DNA from: Eubacteriales bacterium
Lineage (GTDB): Bacteria > Bacillota > Clostridia > Oscillospirales > CAG-272
DNA: 64,000 nt
Reading direction: 5' to 3'
NCBI GenBank assembly: GCA_045594085.1
Contig: JAZNXW010000004.1
Location: 230,849-294,848 of the forward strand
Shown: piece by piece, positions 20,132 through 28,585 of the stretch
How positions within the stretch are numbered: the first letter of the stretch is position 1
Layout of the letters: each line of letters opens with the position of its first letter
Notes under the pieces: generated by a model
Databases searched by the model: none
Told to the model about the DNA's origin: nothing
What the model saw: only the letters and a program-made list of their open reading frames with translations
Translations under genes and position numbers: made by a program

Positions 20132-20584
20132 ATGAAACTTAAACTTCTTTTGATTGCAGTAGAAAAATTTTTGGGTATAGCCAATAACGGAGACGAGCCC
20201 CGAGCCGATATGTATCTGCCTGAAAGACTTCTTGCGATGTCTGTCATATTCCTCGGTATAGGCGTTGCTCTTGCTGTTTATTTCGCCGTTTTCCATGTGA
20301 TATGGGCTATTGTGGCTGCTATCGCTGCGCTTGCTTTCGGCGTTGCAGCGCTCCTTTGCTGGCGCAATCAAACGATACGCGTTATTTCCGACAAAGAGTT
20401 TACATATACCACTATGTTTGGGAAAACCTATACTTATTCATTCTCTGACATCCAAGGACTCAGGAAAAATCGGGATTCGATGACGCTTTTTGTTGCAGGA
20501 AAAAAAGTACACATTGAGTCTATGGCTATCCTCACCGAGCGTCTTGTGGATAACATCAACAGTGCGTTGAAAAAGTTCGGCTGA
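20132..20584 (+). CDS. hypothetical membrane protein (two TM helices plus small C-terminal beta domain)
   Basis: ORF 20120..20584. ATG 20132 gives MKLKLLL. The hydrophobic pair is LLAMSVIFLGIGVALAVYFAVF and VIWAIVAAIAALAFGVAALLCW. Confidence 0.55.
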   Translation: MKLKLLLIAVEKFLGIANNGDEPRADMYLPERLLAMSVIFLGIGVALAVYFAVFHVIWAIVAAIAALAFGVAALLCWRNQTIRVISDKEFTYTTMFGKTYTYSFSDIQGLRKNRDSMTLFVAGKKVHIESMAILTERLVDNINSALKKFG

Positions 20585-20641
20585 CGGTTGCTTCAGCCAA
20601 TAAAAATTATGCTCGATTAAAAAGTTTTAAAGATGGGGGTC

Positions 20642-20682
20642 GGGGAAGAAACTTTTTCAAAAGTTTCTTCCCCGAGCTTTTT
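20642..20682. terminator. bidirectional terminator (membrane protein gene / spoVAC)
   Basis: Near-perfect 15-bp stem GGGGAAGAAACTTTT / AAAAGTTTCTTCCCC followed by a T-run. It abuts the spoVAC stop codon. Confidence 0.7.
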
Positions 20683-21124
20683 ATACACGTATGCACACCC
20701 AATACACAACCCCATACACCACGCTTGCCAGCGTGCCGTAGAGGATCACGGGCCCCGCGATCGTGAATATCTTCGCGCCGACACCGAGCACCCAACCCTC
20801 TGCTTTGGTGTCGATCGCGGGCGATACGACCGAATTCGCAAATCCCGTGATCGGCACGAGTGTGCCCGCGCCCGCCCAGCGCGCGATGTCATCGAACACG
20901 CCGATGCCCGTCAGAAGCGCCGCGATGAAGATCAGCGTCACAGACGTGACCGTTTTTGCCGTGTCCTCTGCCGCGCCGAGGTAGGTGTAGACGTCGGTCA
21001 ACCCCTGTGCAAGCACGCAGATGCCGCCCCCGACGAGAAATGCGTGCGTGCAGTTCTTCACGCACGGCGATTTTTGCGCCGTTTTGTCCGCGTAGCGCTT
21101 ATATTCTTCGTTTGATATGTTCAT
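20681..21124 (-). CDS. spoVAC: stage V sporulation protein AC (SpoVAC)
   Basis: MNISNEEYKRYADKTAQKSP...FLVGGGICVLAQG...GAGTLVPITGFANSVVSPAIDTKAEGWVLGVGAKIF is the characteristic SpoVAC sequence. Start trimmed to ATG 21124 (148 aa). Confidence 0.9.
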   Translation of the reverse strand: MNISNEEYKRYADKTAQKSPCVKNCTHAFLVGGGICVLAQGLTDVYTYLGAAEDTAKTVTSVTLIFIAALLTGIGVFDDIARWAGAGTLVPITGFANSVVSPAIDTKAEGWVLGVGAKIFTIAGPVILYGTLASVVYGVVYWVCIRV

Positions 21125-21150
21125 TTGCAACATCCCCGTTCGTTTTTTTA

Positions 21151-21180
21151 TAGTTTTCCGCTCTCGCACACGTTCTATAC
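21151..21180 (-). promoter_or_regulatory. candidate forespore (sigma F/G-type) promoter of spoVAC
   Basis: Minus strand reads GTATA (21180-21176), 16 nt, then GGAAAACTA (21159-21151). This fits the GHATR / GGHRARHTX-type forespore consensus as I recall it. Confidence 0.4.
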
Positions 21181-21192
21181 GCATAATCGTCT

Positions 21193-21220
21193 TTGACTTT
21201 TCATATTTTTTTGATATAAT
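21193..21220 (+). promoter_or_regulatory. sigma-A-type promoter of the zinc-ribbon gene
   Basis: TTGACT, a 16-nt spacer, then TGATATAAT (extended -10). Confidence 0.5.
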
Positions 21221-21251
21221 AGAAAAAAGAACTTTTACGGGGAGGAATTTT

Positions 21252-21614
21252 ATGAAATTCTGGGAAGACGTATCCAAGACCGCGACAGACGCGGCGAATT
21301 ATACTGTAAAAAAGGCGGGCGAGCTGACGGGTGCCGCAAAGATCCGATATAAGCTTCATCTTGCAGAAACAAAGCTTGCGTGCACGTACGAGGGCATCGG
21401 ACGTCTCTATTACGCAGCCGTTATGGAGGGCGATGAAACTGTGGAGGCGATCAGCGATCTGATGGCGGACATCGAGGAGATCAAGGAAGAGATCCGTGAG
21501 TGCAAGGAGACGCTTGCATCTGTCAAGAACAAGAAGCTCTGTCCGAAATGCGAGGAGGAGATCGCGTCTGACAGCTTTTACTGCAATCATTGCGGTGAAA
21601 AGGTCGAAAAGTAA
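21252..21614 (+). CDS. zinc-ribbon domain protein, function unknown
   Basis: ATG 21252 follows GGGGAGGA. There is a helical N-terminal part and a C-terminal CPKC...CNHC zinc ribbon. A terminator follows. Confidence 0.7.
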   Translation: MKFWEDVSKTATDAANYTVKKAGELTGAAKIRYKLHLAETKLACTYEGIGRLYYAAVMEGDETVEAISDLMADIEEIKEEIRECKETLASVKNKKLCPKCEEEIASDSFYCNHCGEKVEK

Positions 21615-21629
21615 GCCGTAAAAACGCAA

Positions 21630-21668
21630 AAAAGCAAAGGAAAAGTTAAATTTCCTTTGCTTTTTTTA
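21630..21668 (+). terminator. rho-independent terminator
   Basis: GCAAAGGAAA-AGTTAAA-TTTCCTTTGC followed by TTTTTTT. Confidence 0.7.
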
Positions 21669-21904
21669 TATTTTCCGATTTTGTGTTGCTTTTTTCATCC
21701 GATTCTGTTAAACTACATAATCAGTACAGTTTTTTATTTGGAGGACTATATCCATGAGCGCGGACGGGTGTACCCCGGACTCTTCTTTTGATCCGTTCAG
21801 TCTTTATGCTTTTCTCCGTCGTTTGATCCGTTTTCTCCGTATGTGATGAAACGCGCCCGATCGAACACATTACGTTTAGTTTTAGTTAAGGAGAATAACA
21901 TATT

Positions 21905-23188
21905 ATGCTGCAACCTATTTTACTTCAGATCATACTTATATTTTTGAATGCGGTCTTTGCCTGTGCCGAGATCGCGGTGCTTTCCGTCAACGAAGCGAAG
22001 CTTGAGCGTATGTCCGAGGACGGCAACCGCTCGGCAAAGCGTCTTTTCAAGCTGACAAAAGACCCCGCTCGCTTCCTTGCGACGATTCAGGTCGCCATCA
22101 CGCTTTCGGGATTTCTCGGAAGTGCGTTTGCGGCTGACAACTTTTCCGAATATATCGTTAATTGGCTCGTTTCGCTCGGCGTGACTGTCGATGCGGCAAC
22201 GCTCGACGCTGTCGCTGTCGTGCTTATCACGCTGCTCCTTTCGTTTGTGACGCTTGTCTTTGGTGAGCTCGTGCCGAAACGTCTTGCACAGAGCAAATCC
22301 GAGTCGCTTGCGCTTAAGCTTGCACTTCCTGTCAGCGTTATTTCCAAGCTGTTCTCACCCATCGTATGGCTTCTCACCGTATCCACAAACGGAATTCTGC
22401 GCCTGCTCGGCATAGATCCGTCTGCGACGGAGGGCGAGGTCTCCGAGGAGGAGATCAGAATGATGGCGGATATCGGCGCGGAGCGCGGTATCATCGACTC
22501 CGAGGAAAACGACATTATCCAAAACCTCTTTGAATTTGACTCTATTTCCGTTTGTGAGGCTATGGTGCACAGAACCGAGGTTACGATGCTCGACATCGAA
22601 GATTCGGTCGATAGGTGGCGTGAGATCATCCACGAAAACGTATACGACTATTATCCCGTTTATTCCGAAAATTCCGATAACATTATCGGTGTTCTTGACG
22701 TGAAACGCTTCCTTACGATGGAGGATACATCCAAGGAAGCGGTGCTTGACGGCGCTGTCGGCAAGCCGTGCTTCATTTCATCTTATGCGAAGGCGGGCGA
22801 CATCTTCTCCCACATGAAGGAGGAGGGAATCAGATTCGCTGTCGTTGTCGATGAATTCGGCGGCACGGACGGCATCGTAACGATGAGCGACCTTATCAAG
22901 TGTCTGCTTGGCGAGTATGAGGTCAAGTCAGAGGAGATCCCCGAAACGAAGGACGGATACCGCGTTGAGGGAACCACGGAGCTTTCTCGTCTTGAAAAGC
23001 AGCTCAAGATCGAGTTTGAGGGCGAATCCACGACGTTGAACGGTTGGATCGTCGAGGAGCTTGGTAAGCTGCCGACGGATGGAGAGACATTCGAATACGA
23101 AAAGCATGTGTTCACAGTGCTTTCCGCAGACGAAAAGGCGGTCCGCGAGGTCTCGATCAAAAAACTCGAGCCCGAAGAAAAAGAATAA
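21905..23188 (+). CDS. CNNM/CorB-type hemolysin-family transporter (DUF21 + CBS pair + CorC_HlyC)
   Basis: 427 aa. N-terminal 4-TM DUF21 (LNAVFACAEIAVLSVN), a CBS-pair region and a C-terminal CorC/HlyC domain (GESTTLNGWIVEELGKLP). Confidence 0.9.
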   Translation: MLQPILLQIILIFLNAVFACAEIAVLSVNEAKLERMSEDGNRSAKRLFKLTKDPARFLATIQVAITLSGFLGSAFAADNFSEYIVNWLVSLGVTVDAATLDAVAVVLITLLLSFVTLVFGELVPKRLAQSKSESLALKLALPVSVISKLFSPIVWLLTVSTNGILRLLGIDPSATEGEVSEEEIRMMADIGAERGIIDSEENDIIQNLFEFDSISVCEAMVHRTEVTMLDIEDSVDRWREIIHENVYDYYPVYSENSDNIIGVLDVKRFLTMEDTSKEAVLDGAVGKPCFISSYAKAGDIFSHMKEEGIRFAVVVDEFGGTDGIVTMSDLIKCLLGEYEVKSEEIPETKDGYRVEGTTELSRLEKQLKIEFEGESTTLNGWIVEELGKLPTDGETFEYEKHVFTVLSADEKAVREVSIKKLEPEEKE

Positions 23189-23189
23189 G

Positions 23190-23220
23190 AAAAATCCCGC
23201 AGAGATGCGGGATTTTTTGT
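23190..23220. terminator. bidirectional terminator
   Basis: AAAAATCCCGC-AGAGAT-GCGGGATTTTTT. Confidence 0.7.
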
Positions 23221-23234
23221 TTGTTAATTCTCGC

Positions 23235-23570
23235 TTATCGCTGAGACGGAGGGATAACGTAAAAACCGAATGCGGGTAGTATCCACATTGCAGCCACGGC
23301 GAATATTACGCAAAGGCATACAGCTACGGTCACAAACCAAAGAAGGCAACCGCCGACGCTGAGGTACTCTTTTATGAAAAGGATCAGCGACAGTGGCACA
23401 AGAATTACCTCTGCTGCGCAGATCGCGATCATGATCAGTTGACTTGTGAGGTCATAGCCGGGCTGCGCGTAGTCATAGGCCCGTAAAGAAAATGTTGCGA
23501 TGCAAGCGATTCCCATTAAGACAAGAATCGATGAGATTACAAAAAGGACGATCTTTTCATGCTTTTTCAT
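23235..23570 (-). CDS. small polytopic membrane protein, function unknown
   Basis: 111 aa with three hydrophobic helices. It starts 18 nt downstream of the 986-aa gene on the same strand. Confidence 0.55.
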   Translation of the reverse strand: MKKHEKIVLFVISSILVLMGIACIATFSLRAYDYAQPGYDLTSQLIMIAICAAEVILVPLSLILFIKEYLSVGGCLLWFVTVAVCLCVIFAVAAMWILPAFGFYVIPPSQR

Positions 23571-23588
23571 AGCTTTTGTGACACCCCG

Positions 23589-26549
23589 TTAATGTTCTTT
23601 CCGTCTGAGCAGGGACAGCGCAAGCGCGGAGATGACGGCGGCGACGGAGATGACGGCGATGATCTCGACGATGTTTTCCTCAGGAGCTTTTTCGGAGTCG
23701 GAGCCGCTTATAGCGGATGAGCTGAACGTTTCCCTCAGCTCGTCGTCCGTGAGAAGAAAGCTGCCGGCGGACATATTTTTGATGTAGAGGAAGCCGGACT
23801 CATTATCGCGGGGACGGAGCAGGATGCCCGTGACGGCGGAGATGCCGTCAAAATCCGACAGATCGAAGAACACGGTGTCGGAGCTCTCTGTGACGGTGAA
23901 CTCGGCGGATACGGAAGCAGATTTTGAAATCAGAGTGAGCGTGTAGACTCGGGGTGAATCGGCGTAAAGCTCAAAGGAGATTACGGGAGCCTGCGACAGA
24001 TCGAGCGGGGATGACGGGCAGGAGTACATTATTCCGTCCGAGAAGCGCATAACGCGTCCGAAGTCCGCTTTGACAGTCATACATTCGCCCAAGTCGGTGA
24101 GCGGGAACCATCCGCCTGTATAAAACGAGCTGCTGTAATCGAGGATCGCGGCGCTGCCGAGCGTGCTGACGGAGATCTTCGGCTCGATTTCGGATACGGC
24201 GCGCGGGAAAGCGCGTTTTTCCGCCGCCGATGAGGGGAACGTCAGCTCCTCTCCCGGATAGAGGATCGATGAGAATGCGTCCGAGTATTCGTTTGTGTCG
24301 ATGCGGGCGAAGATATCTGTGAAGACTCCGCCGACGGCAACGTCGGGGAGAAAGCTTATGTCAAGAATTAAGCCTTGGACGGAGCTTTGCTCGCAAACGG
24401 CAAAATATGCGCGGGCCGTTGATTTCAGAAGCGATTCTGCGGATGGATATCCTATGTCGGCGGGTGTGTATCTGACGAAATAATATTTGGGAGCGTTTCC
24501 TGCGAGCGAGGATGCGTATTTCGCAACGGAATCTACGGAGCTTGCACCGTACACGCCCGACGATGACGCAACGGAATCCGTCTGCCACATAATTCCGTAA
24601 TCGGAAAGCCCGATCGAGTCGGTGTAATTTGCGATCAGACGGAGCGTGAGCTCCGCAGAGTCAAGCGAGGGGGAAACCGTGATAAAGCTGTCGCCGAGGG
24701 GGAGGATGACCTTGAAATCCGCCAAGTTCATGCCGCCCGCACCGCTTATGACTGCGGCGGAACTTATGACAGAACTGATTTTTTTAGCATCGTCAGCGCA
24801 ATTTGAGTCATCGGTGACGGACTCACCGACGATGACGCCGCTGACGTAGCCGTAATCATCCGATGAGTAACGTGCGGTGAGAAAATCAACGGCGGCGTAT
24901 AGCTCACGGAAGGCTTCCTTGCTGTCCACGGATATGAGCGAAGCGGAGGCAGATTCATTTGTGCGGTAAAAACGCAGATAGACGTTCGTTCCTGCGAGAG
25001 AGACTGCCTTGATCTCTGAATCGAGACGTGCAAGCACGTCTGAGTCGAAGTAGTAAAGCTCGCCGAATGCGGAATATATCTTTGATGACGAGGGCGAGCC
25101 GAAGATCGTGTCGAGATCGATCTTGATCTCGGTCAGCCCGGCTTCGTGATCGATGTCGGCAGAGCATATTCCCTTGAGGCTGTCGGAGCGAGACGGAATG
25201 GTGACGCCTGCCTTTTCGGTGTCGGGCAGGATCGGGGCGCATACGGAAATGAGCGAGGTCCGATCTGCGATTATGACGGCATATCGCATCGCGGCGGCGC
25301 CGTCGGGGAGAGATGACGGATCAACTGTGAGGTTGAAGCGCGTCGTCATTGTCGTTTCCGCAATCGGATCGGAGCTGAGTACGGCGGATTCGACGGAGGC
25401 GTAGATCGGAACGGCATAGATTCGGATCGTGCCGCCGATGTGCTCTACAACTGCATCGGAGGTGACGGTGCCGCGCAGATTGAGTGATCCGTCGGCACCG
25501 AAGGCGCAAACGTCAAGCGTGCCGAGCTCGTCTCCCGTCGTATGCGTCGGAAGATATACAGTGTCAATGCCGTACAGTGTGACTGTGCCTCCGAGTCGCG
25601 TGTCGGAGACGATGGCGAATCTGAGCGCTTTTTCGGGCGACGGGAACGTGAAATAGCACGCAACGGGATCATCTCCTGCGGCGATTGTCTGTGCTTTGCT
25701 TTCATAAACAGTTCCGTCTGCGTAGACGGCGGTGAAGCGAAGCTCCGTATCGGTTCCGACAGACAGAACCACACGCAGGGCGTTGTGTCCGAGCGCTTCA
25801 TTTGCATCCGAATAGGAAATGTTTGCCGATATGGATGAATATGCGGCGCGACGCCAAAGCACGATGCCGTTTTGGTAATTTGTGACGGATCCATCCTTGA
25901 CGGAGAATGACGAGGTCATAAAGCTGTCCTCGTAGGCGGTGTCTGCGACGCCCTCGGCGGTCATTCCGTCCAGACGGAAGATCACGGGGAATTTCGCGTC
26001 GGATTCGCTCTCGCAAACGGGAGTGAGCGCGACGGAAACGGCGTCAACGGTGCTTCGTCTGTTCCAGCTTTCGACGGGAATCTCGGCTTTTGCCCATTCC
26101 CCCGTGATGGCGGCAAACGAGGTCGATACTGATGAGGTGCCCGAATAAAGCGTCACCGTGAACGTGTATGCGACACTTACGTTTTCCGTGGTCTGAGGCG
26201 TGATGAAATAATCAAACGATAAGGTTTTGAATCGGTAAAGATTTACCGGCACGTCGAAGGCTCTGCGAGCGGAAAGCTCCTTGCCGGAGCCTACGCCGGA
26301 CGCTGAAAAGAGCAGATAGCCGCCGTCATCCTCGGAGGATGCCATATGCGCGGTCTCATCGGTGTATGCGGCGCGTGTAACGGAAAGTGAAGATGACGTC
26401 CACGCAAAGCGCGAGGTCATATCATCAACGGTGAGGCTGGGGGGAGTTTCGCTCTCGAAAGCGTCGCTGTCCGCCGAAACGTGTACGGATATAAGGGTAA
26501 AGATCAGGCAAAACGTGAATAAAACTGCCAACGAGCGTCTGTTTATCAT
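23589..26549 (-). CDS. large secreted protein with C-terminal membrane anchor, function unknown
   Basis: 986 aa. AGGAGG RBS. Signal peptide MINRRSLAVLFTFCLIFTLISVHVSADS. C-terminal helix IVEIIAVISVAAVISALALSLL followed by RRKEH. No catalytic motif recognised. Confidence 0.75.
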   Translation of the reverse strand: MINRRSLAVLFTFCLIFTLISVHVSADSDAFESETPPSLTVDDMTSRFAWTSSSLSVTRAAYTDETAHMASSEDDGGYLLFSASGVGSGKELSARRAFDVPVNLYRFKTLSFDYFITPQTTENVSVAYTFTVTLYSGTSSVSTSFAAITGEWAKAEIPVESWNRRSTVDAVSVALTPVCESESDAKFPVIFRLDGMTAEGVADTAYEDSFMTSSFSVKDGSVTNYQNGIVLWRRAAYSSISANISYSDANEALGHNALRVVLSVGTDTELRFTAVYADGTVYESKAQTIAAGDDPVACYFTFPSPEKALRFAIVSDTRLGGTVTLYGIDTVYLPTHTTGDELGTLDVCAFGADGSLNLRGTVTSDAVVEHIGGTIRIYAVPIYASVESAVLSSDPIAETTMTTRFNLTVDPSSLPDGAAAMRYAVIIADRTSLISVCAPILPDTEKAGVTIPSRSDSLKGICSADIDHEAGLTEIKIDLDTIFGSPSSSKIYSAFGELYYFDSDVLARLDSEIKAVSLAGTNVYLRFYRTNESASASLISVDSKEAFRELYAAVDFLTARYSSDDYGYVSGVIVGESVTDDSNCADDAKKISSVISSAAVISGAGGMNLADFKVILPLGDSFITVSPSLDSAELTLRLIANYTDSIGLSDYGIMWQTDSVASSSGVYGASSVDSVAKYASSLAGNAPKYYFVRYTPADIGYPSAESLLKSTARAYFAVCEQSSVQGLILDISFLPDVAVGGVFTDIFARIDTNEYSDAFSSILYPGEELTFPSSAAEKRAFPRAVSEIEPKISVSTLGSAAILDYSSSFYTGGWFPLTDLGECMTVKADFGRVMRFSDGIMYSCPSSPLDLSQAPVISFELYADSPRVYTLTLISKSASVSAEFTVTESSDTVFFDLSDFDGISAVTGILLRPRDNESGFLYIKNMSAGSFLLTDDELRETFSSSAISGSDSEKAPEENIVEIIAVISVAAVISALALSLLRRKEH

Positions 26550-26627
26550 GCCGCGACACCTCCTTCTTGAAACACTTAACTATATTGTATCATAATTTTC
26601 AGCGGAATTAAACCCCTTTTTCGATTC

Positions 26628-26656
26628 TTGACATTATCGGTGCGGAGATGTACAAT
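26628..26656 (+). promoter_or_regulatory. sigma-A-type promoter of the PHP gene
   Basis: TTGACA, a 17-nt spacer, then TACAAT. Confidence 0.55.
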
Positions 26657-26697
26657 AAAATACGAAAAAATACTGTTGACAAATCGGAGAGACCGCT

Positions 26698-27441
26698 ATG
26701 AACAAGAAATTCTTATACGAAGCACATATGCATACGTCGGAGGCAAGCGCATGCTCTCACATCAAGGGCGCGGACGCCGCTGATTTTTATAAAGCGCTTG
26801 GATATACGGGCATTATCATAACGGACCATTTCTTCAACGGCAACTGCGCTGTTCCGCGCGATCTTCCGTGGGAGGAAAGAGTCGAACGCTTTGTCAAGGG
26901 CTATGAAAATGCAAAAAAACGCGGAGACGAGATCGGCCTTGACGTTTTCTTCGGTTGGGAATACTGTCACGGTGGATCCGAAATATTGACGTACGGACTT
27001 GATAAGGAGTGGCTCCTTGCAAATCCCGACGTCTGCAGTTGGAGCGTTAATGAATACTGCCGCCGCGCACACGAGGCGGGAGCCTTCCTCTCGCAGGCGC
27101 ATCCGTTCAGAGAGGCGCAGTGGGTACCGTTTTTGCGTCTTTTCCCGAGACTGACGGACGCCGCCGAGGTTTATAACTGCACAGTCAACAAAACTCCGAA
27201 GGATTCGGAGCTCAGCAATTTTTATGCGTCTCATTACGGACTGCACCGCACCGCGGGGTCCGATTTTCACGCGTTCCGCGAATCGCGGTTCTGCGCAAAC
27301 GCGTTTGGTCACAAGCTCGCGTCCGTCAAGGATTATGCCGAGTCTGTTCTTGCTGACGAAAACGAGATCGTCGAGGATGCGCTTTCGTATCTCGGCACCG
27401 CTGATTGCGAGGCTGTGAAGCGCCTGCGCGGCGAAATTTAA
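26698..27441 (+). CDS. PHP-domain metal-dependent phosphoesterase
   Basis: HMHTSEASACSH, IIITDHF, SQAHPFRE and AGSDFHA match the His/Asp ladder of the PHP family. Confidence 0.8.
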   Translation: MNKKFLYEAHMHTSEASACSHIKGADAADFYKALGYTGIIITDHFFNGNCAVPRDLPWEERVERFVKGYENAKKRGDEIGLDVFFGWEYCHGGSEILTYGLDKEWLLANPDVCSWSVNEYCRRAHEAGAFLSQAHPFREAQWVPFLRLFPRLTDAAEVYNCTVNKTPKDSELSNFYASHYGLHRTAGSDFHAFRESRFCANAFGHKLASVKDYAESVLADENEIVEDALSYLGTADCEAVKRLRGEI

Positions 27442-27443
27442 AC

Positions 27444-27478
27444 AAAAAATCTCGTTGCCTTCGCAACGAGATTTTTTC
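27444..27478 (+). terminator. rho-independent terminator
   Basis: AATCTCGTTGC-CTTC-GCAACGAGATT followed by TTTT. Confidence 0.7.
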
Positions 27479-27587
27479 TGTACGTGCATCTTGGCAATCT
27501 CAAAATGTAACTAACCGCTTGAACCTTGTTTTTTTATCAGTCCAATGATAAAATACGATTGAAGATAAAATATGCAAAATAGCAGGA

Positions 27588-28034
27588 GTGCGGACTGCGA
27601 AGGTTACTATTGAGCAAGATGTAAAATATAAGGATCCTGAAATATTGGTGCGTTGCGAAACCATTGATGATACTTTGCACGACATAATTTCATATATCGG
27701 CATTGCAGGAAAAAGCGTTCTCGGAGAACAACAAGGTGAGACAACCTTTATCCCTCTCAAGGACGTATATTATTTTGAATCCGTAGACAATAAAGTTTTC
27801 ATTTATACAGGCAATCAGGTCTATAAATCGTCTGCAAAACTATATCTTCTTGAAGAACAATTGTCAGGTACATACTTTACCCGAATATCAAAAACGACTA
27901 TTTTGAATCTGAAAATTATGAAAAGCGTAAGGTCAGGCAGAAATTATACTTTGGAAGCAACTCTTGCAAACGGCGAAAAAGTTCTGATATCGCGGCATTA
28001 CGTCAAAAAGGTCAAAGAAAAATTGGGGGTATAA
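27588..28034 (+). CDS. LytTR-family DNA-binding protein (stand-alone, no receiver domain)
   Basis: IPLKDVYYFESVDNKVFIYTGNQVYKSSAKLYLLEEQL...FTRISKTTILNLKIMKSV...ISRHYVKKVKEKLG is the LytTR pattern. The start is uncertain because GTG 27588 overlaps the only SD-like AGGAG. Confidence 0.8.
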   Translation: MRTAKVTIEQDVKYKDPEILVRCETIDDTLHDIISYIGIAGKSVLGEQQGETTFIPLKDVYYFESVDNKVFIYTGNQVYKSSAKLYLLEEQLSGTYFTRISKTTILNLKIMKSVRSGRNYTLEATLANGEKVLISRHYVKKVKEKLGV

Positions 28035-28037
28035 GTT

Positions 28038-28502
28038 ATGAAGTCACTGATTAAAAAATGGCTGGCGGATTTCTTGTCCGGTTTGGGCGTTATTTCGCTG
28101 TGCTTTGCGTTGTTGAGCCTGCTGCCTGAAATTTTCCCTCGATCCGATGAGCATACGCAACACTATCTGCTTTTTCTGATACAGGCGCTTCGATTTGTGG
28201 CGGTGACCACGCCGATAGTTTCTTTGATAGAAAATCTTATCATGGAATTTGAGCTTTTTTCCAAAGACAAAGAGAAACGGCAGGTTATAAACGTCATTAT
28301 TTGCGTGTGTGTTGTTCTGTGCATAATCAATATATTTGGTCTTCTTCCCGAGGAGGTGCACGGAATAACTTCAGTTGTGGCGGTGCTTTTCGTGCCCGTC
28401 GGTGCAACGATAGCATATCTTATCGAGAAAAAAACACAAAAGCAGGATATCATTGATATCAACAACAAGCTTGCGGAGATGAACGAATCGTCAAAAAAAT
28501 AA
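28038..28502 (+). CDS. small 4-TM membrane protein (DUF3021-like partner of LytTR proteins)
   Basis: 154 aa with four hydrophobic helices. It starts 3 nt after the LytTR stop. This adjacency pattern is typical for DUF3021 as I recall it. Confidence 0.7.
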   Translation: MKSLIKKWLADFLSGLGVISLCFALLSLLPEIFPRSDEHTQHYLLFLIQALRFVAVTTPIVSLIENLIMEFELFSKDKEKRQVINVIICVCVVLCIINIFGLLPEEVHGITSVVAVLFVPVGATIAYLIEKKTQKQDIIDINNKLAEMNESSKK

Positions 28503-28507
28503 AATTA

Positions 28508-28538
28508 AAAAAGTCATCGCGGATGCGATGACTTTTTC
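28508..28538 (+). terminator. terminator of the LytTR operon
   Basis: AGTCATCGC-GGAT-GCGATGACT followed by TTTT. Confidence 0.7.
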
Positions 28539-28544
28539 TGTATA

Positions 28545-28579
28545 AAAATCCCGTTGCGGCTGCAACGGGATTTTTTGTT
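28545..28579 (-). terminator. terminator of hppA
   Basis: AATCCCGTTGC-GGCT-GCAACGGGATT with A/T-runs on both sides. Confidence 0.7.
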
Positions 28580-28585
28580 GAAAGA

